A stretch of DNA of 57,780 bases, the filler included, from Jimgerdemannia flammicorona (lineage: Eukaryota): NCBI GenBank assembly GCA_003990765.1. It is 3 parts of 3 records of this genome, joined end to end, with 100 filler letters (N's around TTAATTAATTAA, not from the genome) between each part and the next. Parts side by side here need not be neighbours in the genome. Positions count along the whole stretch, not along the records: positions 1 to 19,199 come from RBNJ01002002.1; positions 19,300 to 38,490 come from RBNJ01002003.1; 1 more part is not named here. One strand, written 5' to 3'. This document shows positions 12,568 through 25,700 of the stretch, piece after piece (within the stretch, counting starts at the first letter, position 1; the number at the start of each line of letters is the position of its first letter). Position numbers and translations under genes: made by a program. Under the pieces are notes generated by a model. That model had not been told where the DNA came from. It made no database searches and saw only the letters and a program-made list of their open reading frames with translations.

Positions 12568-13242
12568 TTTTCTTTTTAAGTTGGGATGTGGATATTTGGC
12601 AGTTACAATTATAGTGCACTTTCTTTTGATGGTTGACATTGGATCAAGGAAGGGTTTATATACTCGCAAGGCTTGCTGATCTCTCGTAGGAAACCCATCG
12701 TACGATTAACGGCATCTCCCTTTTTTTGTCCTACAGTCTTTATTCAGCTCGCCGTCGAATCGGCGTCTCGTATCCTAACGTTTTGGAACTTAGTTCGCCA
12801 TTCGTCTTTCCATCCATATTTGGTACGGCAACTATGGTTACCATCATTCCCGTTTTCGTCTAAGATTGGAGGTTGGAATATGGTGAGGTCACGCAACACT
12901 CCCCCTAAAATTTGTTGATCCGCTCCAAAAGAAAAATATACCTTCGCGCAAACCCCGATAGAATGAGCGAACAATGCTGAAATTTAATTTAAGGTATTCC
13001 GAAAGTTGCAAGTTGACTTTGGATCCATCGAACGTAAAGCAGACGAAGGTGAGTTAATGAAAACAGCATCACTTCTTGTTCCATCTGGGTGCATCTGAAG
13101 CCATATACCCCCAAACTTTGGTCGTAGGACTTTTGCACTGCGGTCGATTTCACGACGATGAAAACGATATAGGGATTTTTAAGCGCCTTTGATGCAACAA
13201 GAGCACGACTAAGCTCACCATCAGACATATGACTGATAGTTG

Positions 13243-13277
<35 letters not shown>

Positions 13278-13798
13278 TTGTGTCCGCTGCGCTGCCGCGT
13301 CAGTCTCAGGTGTCGCAAACCTTCTCCATGTTCCAGGTGTAGTCGATCCGTCCTCTCCCATGACGTTCTCTTCTTACTCTGAAGGCTCCGGACACATCAT
13401 ATAGCAATCACGCCAACCACGGCACCACCCCGAGTCCATTCGGAAGACGGCCGAGAACCTTGAAAAAAGCGAAAAAAGCGCAGTCTCTGGTTCTAGTATG
13501 GCCCGTCGCTGTGGTACCGATTGGTAGCTGGTAGCGAACTGCAAAACCTTAAATTATTTAGCGAAGATGCATGACAATGACGATCACTGTCGGGGGACTG
13601 CTTCCGTCTTGAATGCAGGATTTTGGTCCCGCCTGCTCGAGTCATATGCAAAAAACTTAGACCGTATCACAGAAATCTCCCCAAAACTCGTACTATATAA
13701 AAAGCTATTGACTTCTGCTTTAAAATTCAAAAAAAAAAAACATCCACTCCGACTTGCATAAAAGCCATCGGTCTCTTTGCACCCAACTGCTCAACAAC
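12568..13798. promoter_or_regulatory. Divergent intergenic promoter region between the cyclase and the P450
   Basis: TATATAAA on - at ~12655-12662 and TATATAAAAA on + at ~13695-13704, each ~90-100 nt before the respective ATG. Confidence 0.6.
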
Positions 13799-15689
13799 AT
13801 GATCACGCTACCTTCCATCGTTATAGACTTCTTGTCCCCAACTCCCTCATGGGTCTCCTCATTCCTCATCCTCCTGGTCCTCTTGGTTGTCCTTCATACC
13901 AGCCGATCAGCCTCCTCCACTCCAGGCCCGACCCCGATACCTCTTATTGGCAACCTGATCGAGGTCATGCGCAATTTTGACGATTTTCCCAACTGGACCT
14001 ATCGCACGGCGCTGCGTTATGGTGGCAGAACGTGGAAGTTCTCCGCTCCGTTCGTCGGCACCTTCGTCATGGTCACAGATCCCACTCAGCTTGAGTTTGT
14101 GCTGGGAAAGACAGGATTCGACGATTTTGTGAAAGGCGAGGAGTTGAATTGGAAATCATTCCCTGTATTTGGGTATGTTAGCTCTTACCGTTCCGCTAGG
14201 GGATAATGTGGCAGGTTGTCATCCACCAGGCGAATAATGCTAAAGGTCATTTACAATTATTCATATCACAAACACCAGCGCTGGCGTCTTCACCACAGAC
14301 GGTTCGTACCATCGCAAACAACGCAAAACTATCAGCCGCGTCTTCACCTCCCACAATTTCCGCGATGTCTTCGCCCCTGTCTTTGTGTCCGGAGCCCGCC
14401 GCCTCAACAAGGTCCTCAAGCCCATCGCCGAGACCGACGACCGCGTTGACATGCAGCTCCTTTTCCACCGCCTGACAGCCGACACGTTCACCGAAATCGG
14501 GTGCTCCCGCCAGCTTAACAGCCTGCAGAGTGCAAACCCAGAGAAAGACTGGACCGACGCGCTTGATGTGGCCCAGCGGTTGGTCATCCACCGCATGAAA
14601 AATCCTCTGTGGTGGTTCAACGAGACGTTCTTTGGTGGCGCGAAGCTGATGAAGGACTCTGTGAAGCAGGTGGATGATTTTATCTATAGCGTGATTGATG
14701 AAAGAAGGAAGGAGAATGACTCTGGGGCGGATGTAGTTGCAAAAGACGACTTGCTGGCGAGGTTCATGCGGTATCAAGATGACGAGACGGGCGAAAAGCT
14801 TACGGATAGGGAGTTGAGAGACTGGATTGTGAATATTTTTGTTGCAGGTATATATATACGTGCATTTGACTTCAGAATCTGATTTTGCAAGAAAGGAAAC
14901 GTGGTCGTGCCTAGCAACAACCTAACACTCACACACATTCCCACCCATCTCCAACATAGGTCGCGACACAACAGCCACTGTGCTCTCCTGGACCGTTTTC
15001 AATCTCTCGCAAAACCCCGCCTACCTAACCAAAATCTACCAGGAGCTCGCCATCCATCTTCCCCGCGATCGCAATGCCCCGATCACTCATGCAATTCTGA
15101 GTAAACTTGTCTACACGCACGCGTGCTTTGTTGAGACCCTTCGCCTCCGCCCTGCCCTCGCTGTCGACCTCAAATCATGCTTCCGCGACACCGTCCTGCC
15201 CGACGGGACCAGGGTGCACAAGGGCGATTGGCTCATGTGGAGCCCCTACGCAATGGGCAGACTAGAGAGCAACTGGGGCGCTGACGCGCTGGAATTCAAG
15301 CCCGAGAGGTGGCTGGTGGAAACGGGGATCAAGTCGGTGACCGTGAAACAGGAGAGCCCGTACAAATTCCCGGCGTTCAATGCAGGCGCGAGGTAGGTTT
15401 GCTGATTTTTTTATTTTATTTTTATTTATTTTACAATATAAAGCGCCCATTTCTTACCATACACTGTACCTTCTTTCCCCACAGGGTCTGCCCCGGCCAG
15501 AACGTGGGACTTCTCCAAGGAAAAACGACGCTTGCCCTTCTCCTGCGTGACTACGAAATCGACGTGCTCAACGATCCGCCAGTGGAGTATTTGGAAACGA
15601 TTACGCACGTGATGAAGTATGGATTGTGGGTGAAGCTGAACAAGAGAAAAGATAATCGCAGAGATAGCGGTGTGTCCATGGACATGTAA
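13799..15689 (+). CDS. Cytochrome P450 (resembles the CYP86/CYP704-like group); 4 exons 13799-14172, 14279-14847, 14960-15392, 15485-15689, 526 aa
   Basis: N-terminal TM helix and PGPTPIPLIGNL; I-helix VAGRDTTA; K-helix ETLR; FKPERW; heme motif FNAGARVCPG across intron 3. All introns are GT-AG and the spliced length of 1581 nt is in frame. Confidence 0.95.
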
Positions 15690-17321
15690 TTAAATCTGGG
15701 GGCATTTTCGTTTTTTTTTTTTTTTTTTTTTTTTCGACGGCTTTGAAAAAAAAAAAAAAAAAGTATCATGGGGCAATTGCAGTCCAGATACACTTTGTAA
15801 ATTATTCGGAATACATAATTGTTTGTCTTAAAATAAAATCGTTTCTGTGCTCATCAACAAACGCCGACTTTTAACCGACGGCTTGAAAGTGCTCGTTTTA
15901 TTATTGCCAGAGCAACTTTCTAGTATAATAAATGCGACACAGTAACCGATTATTTGCTTCTGTTTAACAAGTAAAGTGCAGTGGCAAGTTGACAATGACG
16001 AGGATGGGCAAAATTCAACTTGGAGTGGCGGAACCCGTAAATGGTGGCGAAGCCCGCAATTTTTGATAAATGCCCCCTCATCGATCAGTGTAGAGGCGCA
16101 GGCCATTTTTGTGCTGTGCCGCAGGAATTGTGCGGGGTTGAATTTCTCGTACTTATTAACTGAACACATAGTTTCGCGGTTGCGTTAACGCGATGCAAAC
16201 AGGCGAGATATTTTTTTCGTGTTCTATATGGTACTTTGTTGCCGCAGGAAGTGACACAAAAAGAGGAGTCGTCTGGCAGGATTGCATGACCAAGTAAAGA
16301 GGTTCATCCGGGAGTCATCGCCGTAATGTTCGCCCGCGCCACGACTCGAGTTGTGCCTGCGCCAGATAGATAAAGTTGCCACGTGTGTGCGTACGCACGC
16401 CCCCTCTCCTTTTCTTGAGTCGGCATGTCAATGCACGACCCCGTGCGTTGAAAGAGGCCCGCGCATCCTGACGCCTTGGTCGGAGGGGCGAGTGATCGTT
16501 CGACTCCCACACCTCCCTAAGCGGAAATATGAAACCCATAGGTAAGGCACCCGTGATGAACAGAAACGGTTTACTCGCTCCACTCCGCAAATGCCTGGTA
16601 CCCGGTGGGTCCAATCGCACTGGGTGTCAAGGATCACCGATTGGGCTAGACTCCGATTTTGGTAGTTATGGCGTATAAAGGTTCAGCGAGGTTGTACACG
16701 AACTTTAGCTAGTTGTCATCGTCTTTGGTCTTGGCTCATCGATATACTTCGCAGATTTGTACTGTTGACAGGTAAGGGCCGGAAGTGCCATTTTTGATCC
16801 TGTTGGTTTGCCATTGATAATCATTGTCGGGAAAGATGGTGCTGCGGGTAGTAGTTGGCTGTTCTAGAAGAAGTGGTATTGACCTGACGATTGTGGTGGT
16901 TGCAGATAATTGGTTTGCGCTTACGGAGAGTTGGAACGGGTACCCTGCGCTCTAGTCAACGACTGAGCGGCCATGTTCAAGGAGGGTTTGGGAACTGCCT
17001 TTCCTAGCATTCCGTGTGTAGTCGTATGACTTAGTACATGCACCTACCAAAACCAAGTTATCAACTCTTGGCGAGTTATTAATCAAGTCGTCCACTTCTC
17101 AGAACATGGAAACTCATTTTAGACGTCCGACATCACATCACTGGCTTGGCCCTTCGTTTCTAGGCGGCAGTGGTTGCCGCAATGCGGCTCCGCGCATTTG
17201 AGAAGTGTCTTCTGTGATCCACACGAATAAAGTCCATCACGATAAACGAAAGCCTAATTAAAACAGAATTTGGGCGCTCGTATGTTAAAATGTGCATATT
17301 TTGCTTTAATTTTTTTTTTAA

Positions 17322-17394
<73 letters not shown>

Positions 17395-18437
17395 AAACCT
17401 AAACGCCAAGGCTTTTATCAATAGATCAACTGCCTGAACTCACGATTTCATTCGCGTGGTCGGCATTCAAGGTTATGGTTCATCGCGTCCAGCCTATTGC
17501 CCGATCTCTGCAAGATTGGCTCAGACCAATTGCACGATCCACCTTTTTTTACACACCCCTGTCCACCTTCCAACATCAGCACGTGCGACGAATGCCGAAA
17601 GGAAATTGCTGCAATAGCAAAGAGCCGTTGTGTAATTACAAAATTCCCAGCAGACCTAATTACCTGCGACTGTCAATTATCTGCGGAATATACCTGTAAG
17701 AGATAGAAAAAAAAAAAAAAAAAAAAAGGATCGTGTTGCATGTCGTGTCGAGGTTATTTATTTTTACTTTTTATTATTTTTTATTTGGAACCAAACTGTA
17801 ATCGACGAAAGTATGGGAATATGATAAACGCCAAAGAAGCATTTGTCAACAGATCGATTGAAATCACGACAGTCGACATACAATGGTTCGTCATCGCCGC
17901 CAGACTATTTTCTCAGTCTCTGCAAGAGCTCAGCCAATTGCGGCGACCTATCTTCTTTCTACACATCTTTTCCCTCCTTCCGTGACATCGTCGCGCACGC
18001 CGAATGCCTAAAAGAATCGCCCAAATAGCGCAGACCTGCCTGTCAATTCTCTGCGGAATATACTTGTAAGAGATAAAGCAAAGAAAAGATAAAAAGACTT
18101 GTTCTACTCGAATTATTTACTTTTTACTTTATTTTTTTTATTTGGAGGCAAACTGTAATTAATGAAAGTATGGGAATATGATAACGCCAAAGAAGAAATC
18201 ACGCCAGTCGACATAATTACAATCCTATGGTTCGTCATCGCAGCCAGACTATTTACCCAATCTCTGCAAGGCTGGCTCAGCAATTCCGCGACCTACCTTC
18301 TTCCTGCACACCTTCCACCCCCTTCCGCGACAACGGTGCGCGCGCAGAATGTCTAAAAGAGATCACCCAAATAGCAAATTTCCTGACAGACCTGCATGCA
18401 GCCGTCAATATTCTGCGGAATATGCCTGTTTTTTTCC

Positions 18438-18471
<34 letters not shown>

Positions 18472-19190
18472 TGCAGTCTACTTTTCTTTTTTTTTTACTT
18501 TTCATTTTATTTTATTTTTGTTTGGAACCAAACTGTAATTGATGAAAGTATGGGAAGACTTGATAAACGCTCAAAATAGATCAACTGCCTGAACTCATGA
18601 TTCATTCGCGCGGTCGGTATATTGGCCTACAGCTCGTCGCCGCGCCCAGACTATTTGCCCAAGGCTGGCTCAGACCAATTGCACGATCTACCTTTTTTTT
18701 ACACACCTTTATCCACCTTCCAACAGCCTCGAACGTGCGCCGAATGCCTGAGAGAAACTGTGTAATTGCAAATTTCCCAGCAGACATGCCTGCGACAGTC
18801 AATTCTCTGCAGAATATATTTGTAAGAGATAAAGAAAGAAAAGAAAAAAGAGACTGTATTACTTTTATTTTATTTTATTTTATTTTATACTTTTATTTTT
18901 TATTTGGAACAAAACTGTAATTGACGAAAGTATGGTAATCGTCAAAGAAGCTTTGTTCAATAGATCGATTGAACCCACATACAATCCTATGGTTCGTCAT
19001 CGCAGCCAGATTGTTTGCCCGAAATCTGCAAGGCTGGCTCATCAACTACCACACCTTTGGCCTCCTTCCGTGACAACGATGCGCGCAGAATGCCGCGATA
19101 TCGGCGCGTGCGCTGAATGCCTAAAAGAAATCGCTGAAACAGCAGAGACTGCGACCGCGGAATATTCCTGGAAGAGCTGATTTTCTCAAT
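17395..19190 (+). repeat. Diverged tandem array of ~5 units of ~350-430 bp
   Basis: Recurring blocks aaacgccaa, atagatc, tatggttcgtcatcgc.gccaga, ctgcaag, gaatgcctaaaaga, ctgcggaatata, gtaagagata, tttggaaccaaactgtaat at unit starts ~17400, 17825, 18183, 18565, 18940. Confidence 0.85.
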
Positions 19191-19199
19191 TGAAAAAAA

Positions 19200-19299
19200 N
19201 NNNNNNNNNNNNNNNNNNNNNNNNNNNNNNNNNNNNNNNNNNNTTAATTAATTAANNNNNNNNNNNNNNNNNNNNNNNNNNNNNNNNNNNNNNNNNNNN
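19200..19299. other. Assembly gap with artificial ttaattaattaa spacer
   Basis: 100-nt N run with a central linker; identical design at 38491-38590. Confidence 0.97.
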
Positions 19300-19333
<34 letters not shown>

Positions 19334-19945
19334 GAGTAAAGAAGGCTTCAATAAGACCTTCTTCATCCTGACTTGCTGGGTGTAGTGTAAGGAGTTCAGT
19401 GAATAGGGTTTTGCCTATTTGCTGATTTAACTGGAGTATTTCTTTCTTTGAATGAAGTTTGTCTCACTTATTACAGGTATGGAGGTCAAATTGTCCTTGT
19501 ACATCAGGTTCAATTCTCTCCAGATTGTCAGATGGTTCAGGATAAATTCCAGTTCAGAGGTTGGGCTTTATACCAACTTGTAGGAATTTACAGAGGGTTT
19601 TGTAGTGGGGTGAGGAAGCATCTTGAAGTGGAATTAGATTATAAACTGCTGCTACCAAGTTGTAAGAGAGTTGCTTTTTAGGGTAATTGTTACATAGTTC
19701 TGGAAGGGTTTTCTGGAAGTTCTGGATGTTCTGGAAGACTGTTTTCTTATGGTCAAGATCAATTCCATATGGAGTACATCCTCTATGCTTATTGATTTCA
19801 AGATTGGGTTGATGTCTCAACCAAAGTCCTTTTTCAGACTAGTTCTGGATGCTCAGGATTTTCTGTATTTCAGGAAGTTCAAGAAACTAAGACCAGCTTA
19901 GTTGAATTGGCGTATCACTGCAGACAATACCCAATTAGGAAATTT

Positions 19946-21764
19946 CGTGATGGGGTTAGGAGTGAGACCTAATGGGGAGTGGATTTACTTAAGAGTGGTT
20001 TGTGGGTTATTAAATAGGTTTATTCGCTATTCATGATATTATTATACTAGGAGTAGTTGTGTAAAGAGATATTATGGAGAAGTGCTCAGGAGTTGTGTTT
20101 GGAGTGTTCAAGTCTTTCAAGTCTGAGATTCTGAGGTCTGGGAGAGGGGGTATTTATACTAGTGAGAGGCTATCTGGACTATACTAGATATAGATATAGT
20201 ACTTAGTACCTTGCTGAGTTGGAATGTAGTCATGTAGTACAAGAGTGATCTGATATGTCAAGAGATCGTCTGACTGCTGAGTCAGTTCACAGTCATGTCA
20301 TACAAGGCTAATCTAACTATACTATGACTGCTAAGCTATTTATAGGTTTAGACACTATCTGAGTAATCTTTGATGATATCACCATCAATGACATCATCTC
20401 TAATAAAGTAGTTGTCTAAGAAGAGTGGTTTATGGATTACTTCTCCTTGTTTACTAAGATAATAATACATTGAAACTTCATCACCATCCTATAGGATGGC
20501 ATCATCTGTCTCATATGCTGGATAAGGTATTGGGGGTGAAAAAGTGGTACATCATCTTCACTTTCATCAGATTCGCTGTCTGTATACCTTCTGTAGATTA
20601 CAGCACTATGAGTCACTGGGTTGTAGTATGCTGGTGACTATGGTTTATGTCACTTGTACTCAGGTGATGGAGTGGTTGGTTTGATCTTGAGGGTTGTCTG
20701 GAGGTACAGGTTGTATTCTCCAGTCTCTTCATTATAGTTGAAGTAATTGAGAGTGAATGCAGATTGGTATTTATGCTACTAATCATTGTCCCAATAGGTC
20801 TCATAGGTGGTTATGAACTGTTGTAAGTTCATTGGTAAGGTTGGCAGTGTGATTAGTATTGGCAGGGATCCTTGGCTTGGGGTCAAGTCAGTGTCAGAGA
20901 GATCATTGTCTTCTGCTTTATCTTCATTGAACTGGATTATATTGTAGATATCCTTCATAGCATATCCAACTTGGAGCATTTGCAGAATGTGGTCATTGGG
21001 GTGTGGGAAGGTTCTGTCTGTAGTCTGGATATACTTGAAGTACTTGTGGTTGAGTTTTTATATTATATCATCGATTTGGCCATAAGACAGAGTAGCAACC
21101 ATTTCACTGGTAGTAACTTGGAGGTAGGGAATAAAGGTGCTATACTCATAGAAGAGTTCTTGGTGTTTGCAGGTGATGAGTTTCTGATGTTGGGACATCT
21201 GGGTAATATCTGTATCATAATGGTGTTCAACCATTTCTTCCAGGAGGCAGCTGATCTAGTAGTAGCTTGAGATTTGTCTGATCTAGTGGGCCTTGTTAAG
21301 TATGTTTAGGGCATTCCATCAGGCTTCCACAAAGTAAAGGGATGCTAGGCTATGGATATTTATAAGGGGTAGAGGGGGTGTGGCTCAGTTGACAATGATA
21401 TTCCAAATATCAGCATAGATGTAGTTGTAGATCTCAGTAGTCATGTTTGTATATGTTCAGAAGTTGTGGTTATTGTTTGTTTTGGTTCTCTGTTTGATGA
21501 ATCTTGGTACTCAGTATATATGCATTTGGTCTTGATTGGTAAGATTCTATTTGTGTAAATCTTGTGTTCTATGACTTCATATTGACTCAGCTTTGTATAC
21601 TGTGACTTCGGTTTGACTCAGCTTTGTGTACTATGACTTCAGTTTGACTCAGCTTCATGATCAAGCAGGTGATTTCCAGATTTGTTCAGAGGTCACATGT
21701 GATTTCAGTGGCTTGTTCAGAGGGTGACATGTGATTTCAGTGGCTTGGAGGTTGTGTACTTATA
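19946..21764 (-). mobile_element. Long (~1.8 kb) LTR-like unit with a decayed internal ORF (~20800-21447)
   Basis: 20898-21764 is homologous to 35171-36013, which ends in ...gcttACA. Same TATA context (gggggtatttatac, ~20146-20159) and same layout as 6895-8362. Tandem ~31-bp repeats at 21570-21750. Left boundary uncertain; a PBS-like tgggtattgtctgcagtg and a decayed ORF follow on - (19300-19935). Confidence 0.6.
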
Positions 21765-21768
21765 TAAA

Positions 21769-22448
21769 TAGTGCTCCCAATGAATCAAATTGAATCAAAT
21801 TAGACCTAAATTTAATTTAATTCAAAAACTTCAAATCGAATTGAGGCCCAATTTGATTCAAATTTCAATTTGAACCTAAATTTTTAAAATTCAATTACTT
21901 GATAAAAACATGTCCAAATTTAATGATCTTTATTGAATCAAATAAAATCAAGTCATAATTCAAATTGAAGTTCAAATTTCGAATTCAATTCAAAATTCAA
22001 TTCAAAGTTCAAATTCAATTCAAAATTCAAAACTAAATATTATAATTCAAAACTCATATATGATATAACTCATAACAATATATACACAATCAAGTATATT
22101 ATAATTAAACATGTTGGACATATCTTCTACAGTACCACTTATGGTAGATACTATGATGATAATAGCTTCAGTATCAGATACAGCTTCAACAAGCATAGCT
22201 ATAATAAGTGTAGTCTCAATACAACAGTCTAAGAAAGGAAAAGGAAAAAACAAAAGAATACTCTAGTATTTGGAAAGAGTTTACAAAAGAGTATGCAGAG
22301 AATAGAGATATCACCAGAGTCAAATATAATCACTATAAAATGATATATAAGTTTATTGGTAGCTCTACAACAAATCTACAGGTATATTTTGACAAATTTC
22401 ACAAAAGTCATCAAGCAAGAGTGATAGAATTGTTTTTCTTGAAAGTAT

Positions 22449-22505
<57 letters not shown>

Positions 22506-22708
22506 TAATTTATTGCTATTTTTCTTTTATATTAAATAGCCAAGATTTTCTATGAAATTATTTCAAGATATGCTTGTTCGCTGGATTATCCATGATAGTT
22601 AGCTTTTTACAGTTATTGAGAATTCAGAGCTGAGAGATGTTTTTTGTCTTCTAAAACCAGATATTACTATTCCTTCTACTGGAACTATATATATAAAGTG
22701 AAATTAAA
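21769..22708 (+). mobile_element. 5' fragment of a decayed hAT transposon, cut by a LINE
   Basis: Starts tagtgctcccaa with (aattcaaatt)-rich subterminal repeats like those at 52216+. 22536-22708 is homologous to 56275-56447(-) and encodes LFQDMLVRWIIHDS.LFTVIENSELRD..CLLKPDITIPS. Confidence 0.8.
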
Positions 22709-25700
22709 CTGGTGGTGCTGGAGACTCAGGTGGAGGATACCCATATGGCTGGGGCAGCAAATGTCTATTGGGAGTGTCCAGAAGCTGGTGAGGTTATTTA
22801 TTTGGAGAAAGTTGCAGAGGAGGATAAGCTGGTAGATGTGGCTTCTGATGTGTCAGCAGATAGAGAGCAACTGCAAGAACTGAGCAGGACCCCCAGGCCA
22901 TTGACTCCTGGGCCCCTGGTGATGACAGCAGAGAGCTGGTATCAGGCAGTACTGGAGGAGCTGGCAGAGGAAGACATCAAGGAAGTGGATGTATTTTATA
23001 GATCTCAGGAGGTATGGGAAGGATTCCTCAATATAGCAATGCAGAGACCTAAACTAGTGATGGCGATAGTTGCCACCCTTCTGGATGATGAAGGATATGA
23101 TGTTGATGAGAGCAGGATGGCTGACATCAGGAAGGTGGCAACAGAGAGAGTGGATCTTTTCTGCAGCAGTACTAATGGGGATCGAATCTGGAGGGCCATT
23201 TGCGAGGACCAGTAAGAGATCATTAGAGGAAGGACTGAGAAGGTGGTGGCAGTCCCAGCTGAGCTTTAAATAATTTCCTTCATAATGATGAACAATCTAT
23301 GTATTTTGTTGATCAATATCAATAGATTGCAGGGTGGTGTTAAAAGATAGCGGCTTTTCAGATGGCTTAAAGTCAGGAGGTATAATGTTGTATTTCTTCA
23401 GGATGTTCGAGCTTATGGTGAGTTGGACTATAAGATGTGGAGTAAAGAATGGTATAGTGGAGCAGGTTGGAACAAGCAGGTGGGTATCTTGGTTGGTATA
23501 GGCAAAGGTGAGCTAGTGGAGGTAGAGATCTATGGTAACAGACTGATCTGGGGAAGACTAAAAGGTGGGGCAGGTGATGGCTTGATAGTTGGCTCAGTTT
23601 ACCTCCCTGCAGTTGGCAGAGAGCGAAAGCAATGAGTTGAGAGATGGCAGGCATGGGATGGTCAGGAGGTAGTTGCTTTGGACATTCTGGGGGGAGACTT
23701 CAATATGGTGTGTGATCATATACTAGATAGGTCTGATGGTGGAGCAGGAGTTGCAGTATCTTCTGGACTTTCTCAATAGCTGCAGGTGGAGAGTGACATA
23801 GGTTTGGTGGATGGTGTTCATCAATGACAGGGGGATAAGTTGGGACCTTTCACCTAGTGGTACCCAGTTGGAACAGTATTGGTTAGGATGTATATTGATT
23901 GGGTGCTAGTAGCAGAGTGCTGGGGCAATATACTGGACACTGCTGGGGTGTGCTGGTGCCCTTAGTCTGATCACTGAGGAGTGGAGATTTGTGGTAGATT
24001 CCAAGCTGCAAGCAGTGATGGAGAGTGCTGGTGCCTCAATGTAGCCTTACTCAAGAGGAAGAAGAAGAGGGACAATTTTGTAACAGTTATGTGACAGGAA
24101 GTTTTGTGATGGCAAAATGAAGGACAGTTGATAGCAGAATGGTGGGGTAAATTCAAACATTTGGCTGGTGCTTACTGGTGTGATGTTAGGGAAGTGGCTG
24201 GAAAGAAACAGAAGAATAAGGAAAGGAGAGTAGAGAAGGGGCTGAGATGGCAATTGAAGCTTTTGGAAAAGGGGTACTTGTCCAGAGAGGTGTACCACCG
24301 GTTGGCAGTAGAGGTGGCAGAGCTGCAGGTAGATTTAAGGGTGTCTGAGATCAGGGTGGGAGATGGCCTGCTGGCCAGACTGCGAGCTAGAAGGTTGGAA
24401 GAAGGAGAGAGGCTGATGAGATATCTATCTGGTGTTTTGAAGGCCAGGAGAGTACGTCATAGTTGGGCCTCAGTATTGTATGAAGATAGGAGTGGAGGTC
24501 TCTGGAATTGCTGATATGTTAGGGGAGGTATCCGGTCAATGGCAAGCTCTTTGGTAGGATGGAGGAGAGCATGCTGAAGTTACTGGGCATGGGGAGGATA
24601 ATGACAATATGGTTATCAATTGGCCAGTGACAGCGATACCTGAGATAGGGGAGGCAGTTATGGGGGAGGTGTTGCTAGAGGAAGTATTGGAAGTATTGAG
24701 GAAGATACAGACTGGTTCATCTCCTGGGGAGGATGGGTTGCCCTGGGAATTCTGGAAGGAGTTCAAAACTGAGTTTGGTGACTGGTTGGTGGAGATGGCC
24801 AATGCTGTTCTGAAGGAGGGTAGCTGGATTGGCAATGGTTCTCTGGGGCTGGTTTCTCTTCTATATAAGAAGAAGGGAGATCAATAAGTGTGGCATAATT
24901 GGTGACCTATCATGCTGCTGAATGTGGATAGAAAGTTGGTGTCAAAGATTCTAGTAGGGAGGATGCAGCAGTATGTTGGTGCACTAGTTGGTGAAGAGCA
25001 GCAAGGCTTTGTCAAGAGAAGACAGATTAGAGATAGCACTGCTTGAGTGCAGAATGTCTTGGAGAGCTGTAGGAGCCAGAAGATGAATGGCCAGATAGTC
25101 TTTCTGGATCAAGAGAAGGCCTATGATAGAGTGTGGTAGAGCTACCTGGAGGCTGTTCTGAGGAGGGCAGGGTTCAGTACAGTAGAGGCAGGGCAACTAA
25201 TAGGCTTGGTACAGAGATGCTGAGCAGCAGTTATGATGAATGAATAGTGTAGACCAGAGTTTGCCTTGGGGCAAGGGGTACCACAGAGGGATCCTCTCTC
25301 CCCCCTTCTTTATGTACTTTCTCTAGAGCCTTTGCTGGTGTGGCTGAAGGAGCAGCTCTCTGGACTGCAGATGGGAGATGTGGTCTGGTGGCTGGGTACC
25401 TTTGTGGATGACATGGTGGTAGAGTTGGGTAGTCAGGAGGATATAGTAGTCCTACAAGAAGGGGTTGGACAGTACAAGAGGCTAGCAGGGGCAAAGTTAA
25501 ATTGGGGCAAGTGTGAGACAATGGAACTTAGTGCTAGCCTGGGGGGACAGAGACAATTCAGCCAATTGGTAGCCACAGGGAGTGCTGTTCGGTATTTGGG
25601 CATCTGGTTCTCTGTGTATGGGACAGTCCTGCCAAGGGAGTAGTAGTGTGGACTGATTCAGAAGCTGGAAGGTGCATTGACAGATTGGTCAGGGAGGAGC

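Noticed and set aside
17323..17393. Long poly(T)/poly(A) runs here and elsewhere
   Set aside because: Explained by retroposon tails or homopolymer slippage; lengths may be unreliable.
19244..19256. ttaattaattaa motif within the N runs
   Set aside because: Artificial scaffolding linker, identical in both gaps.
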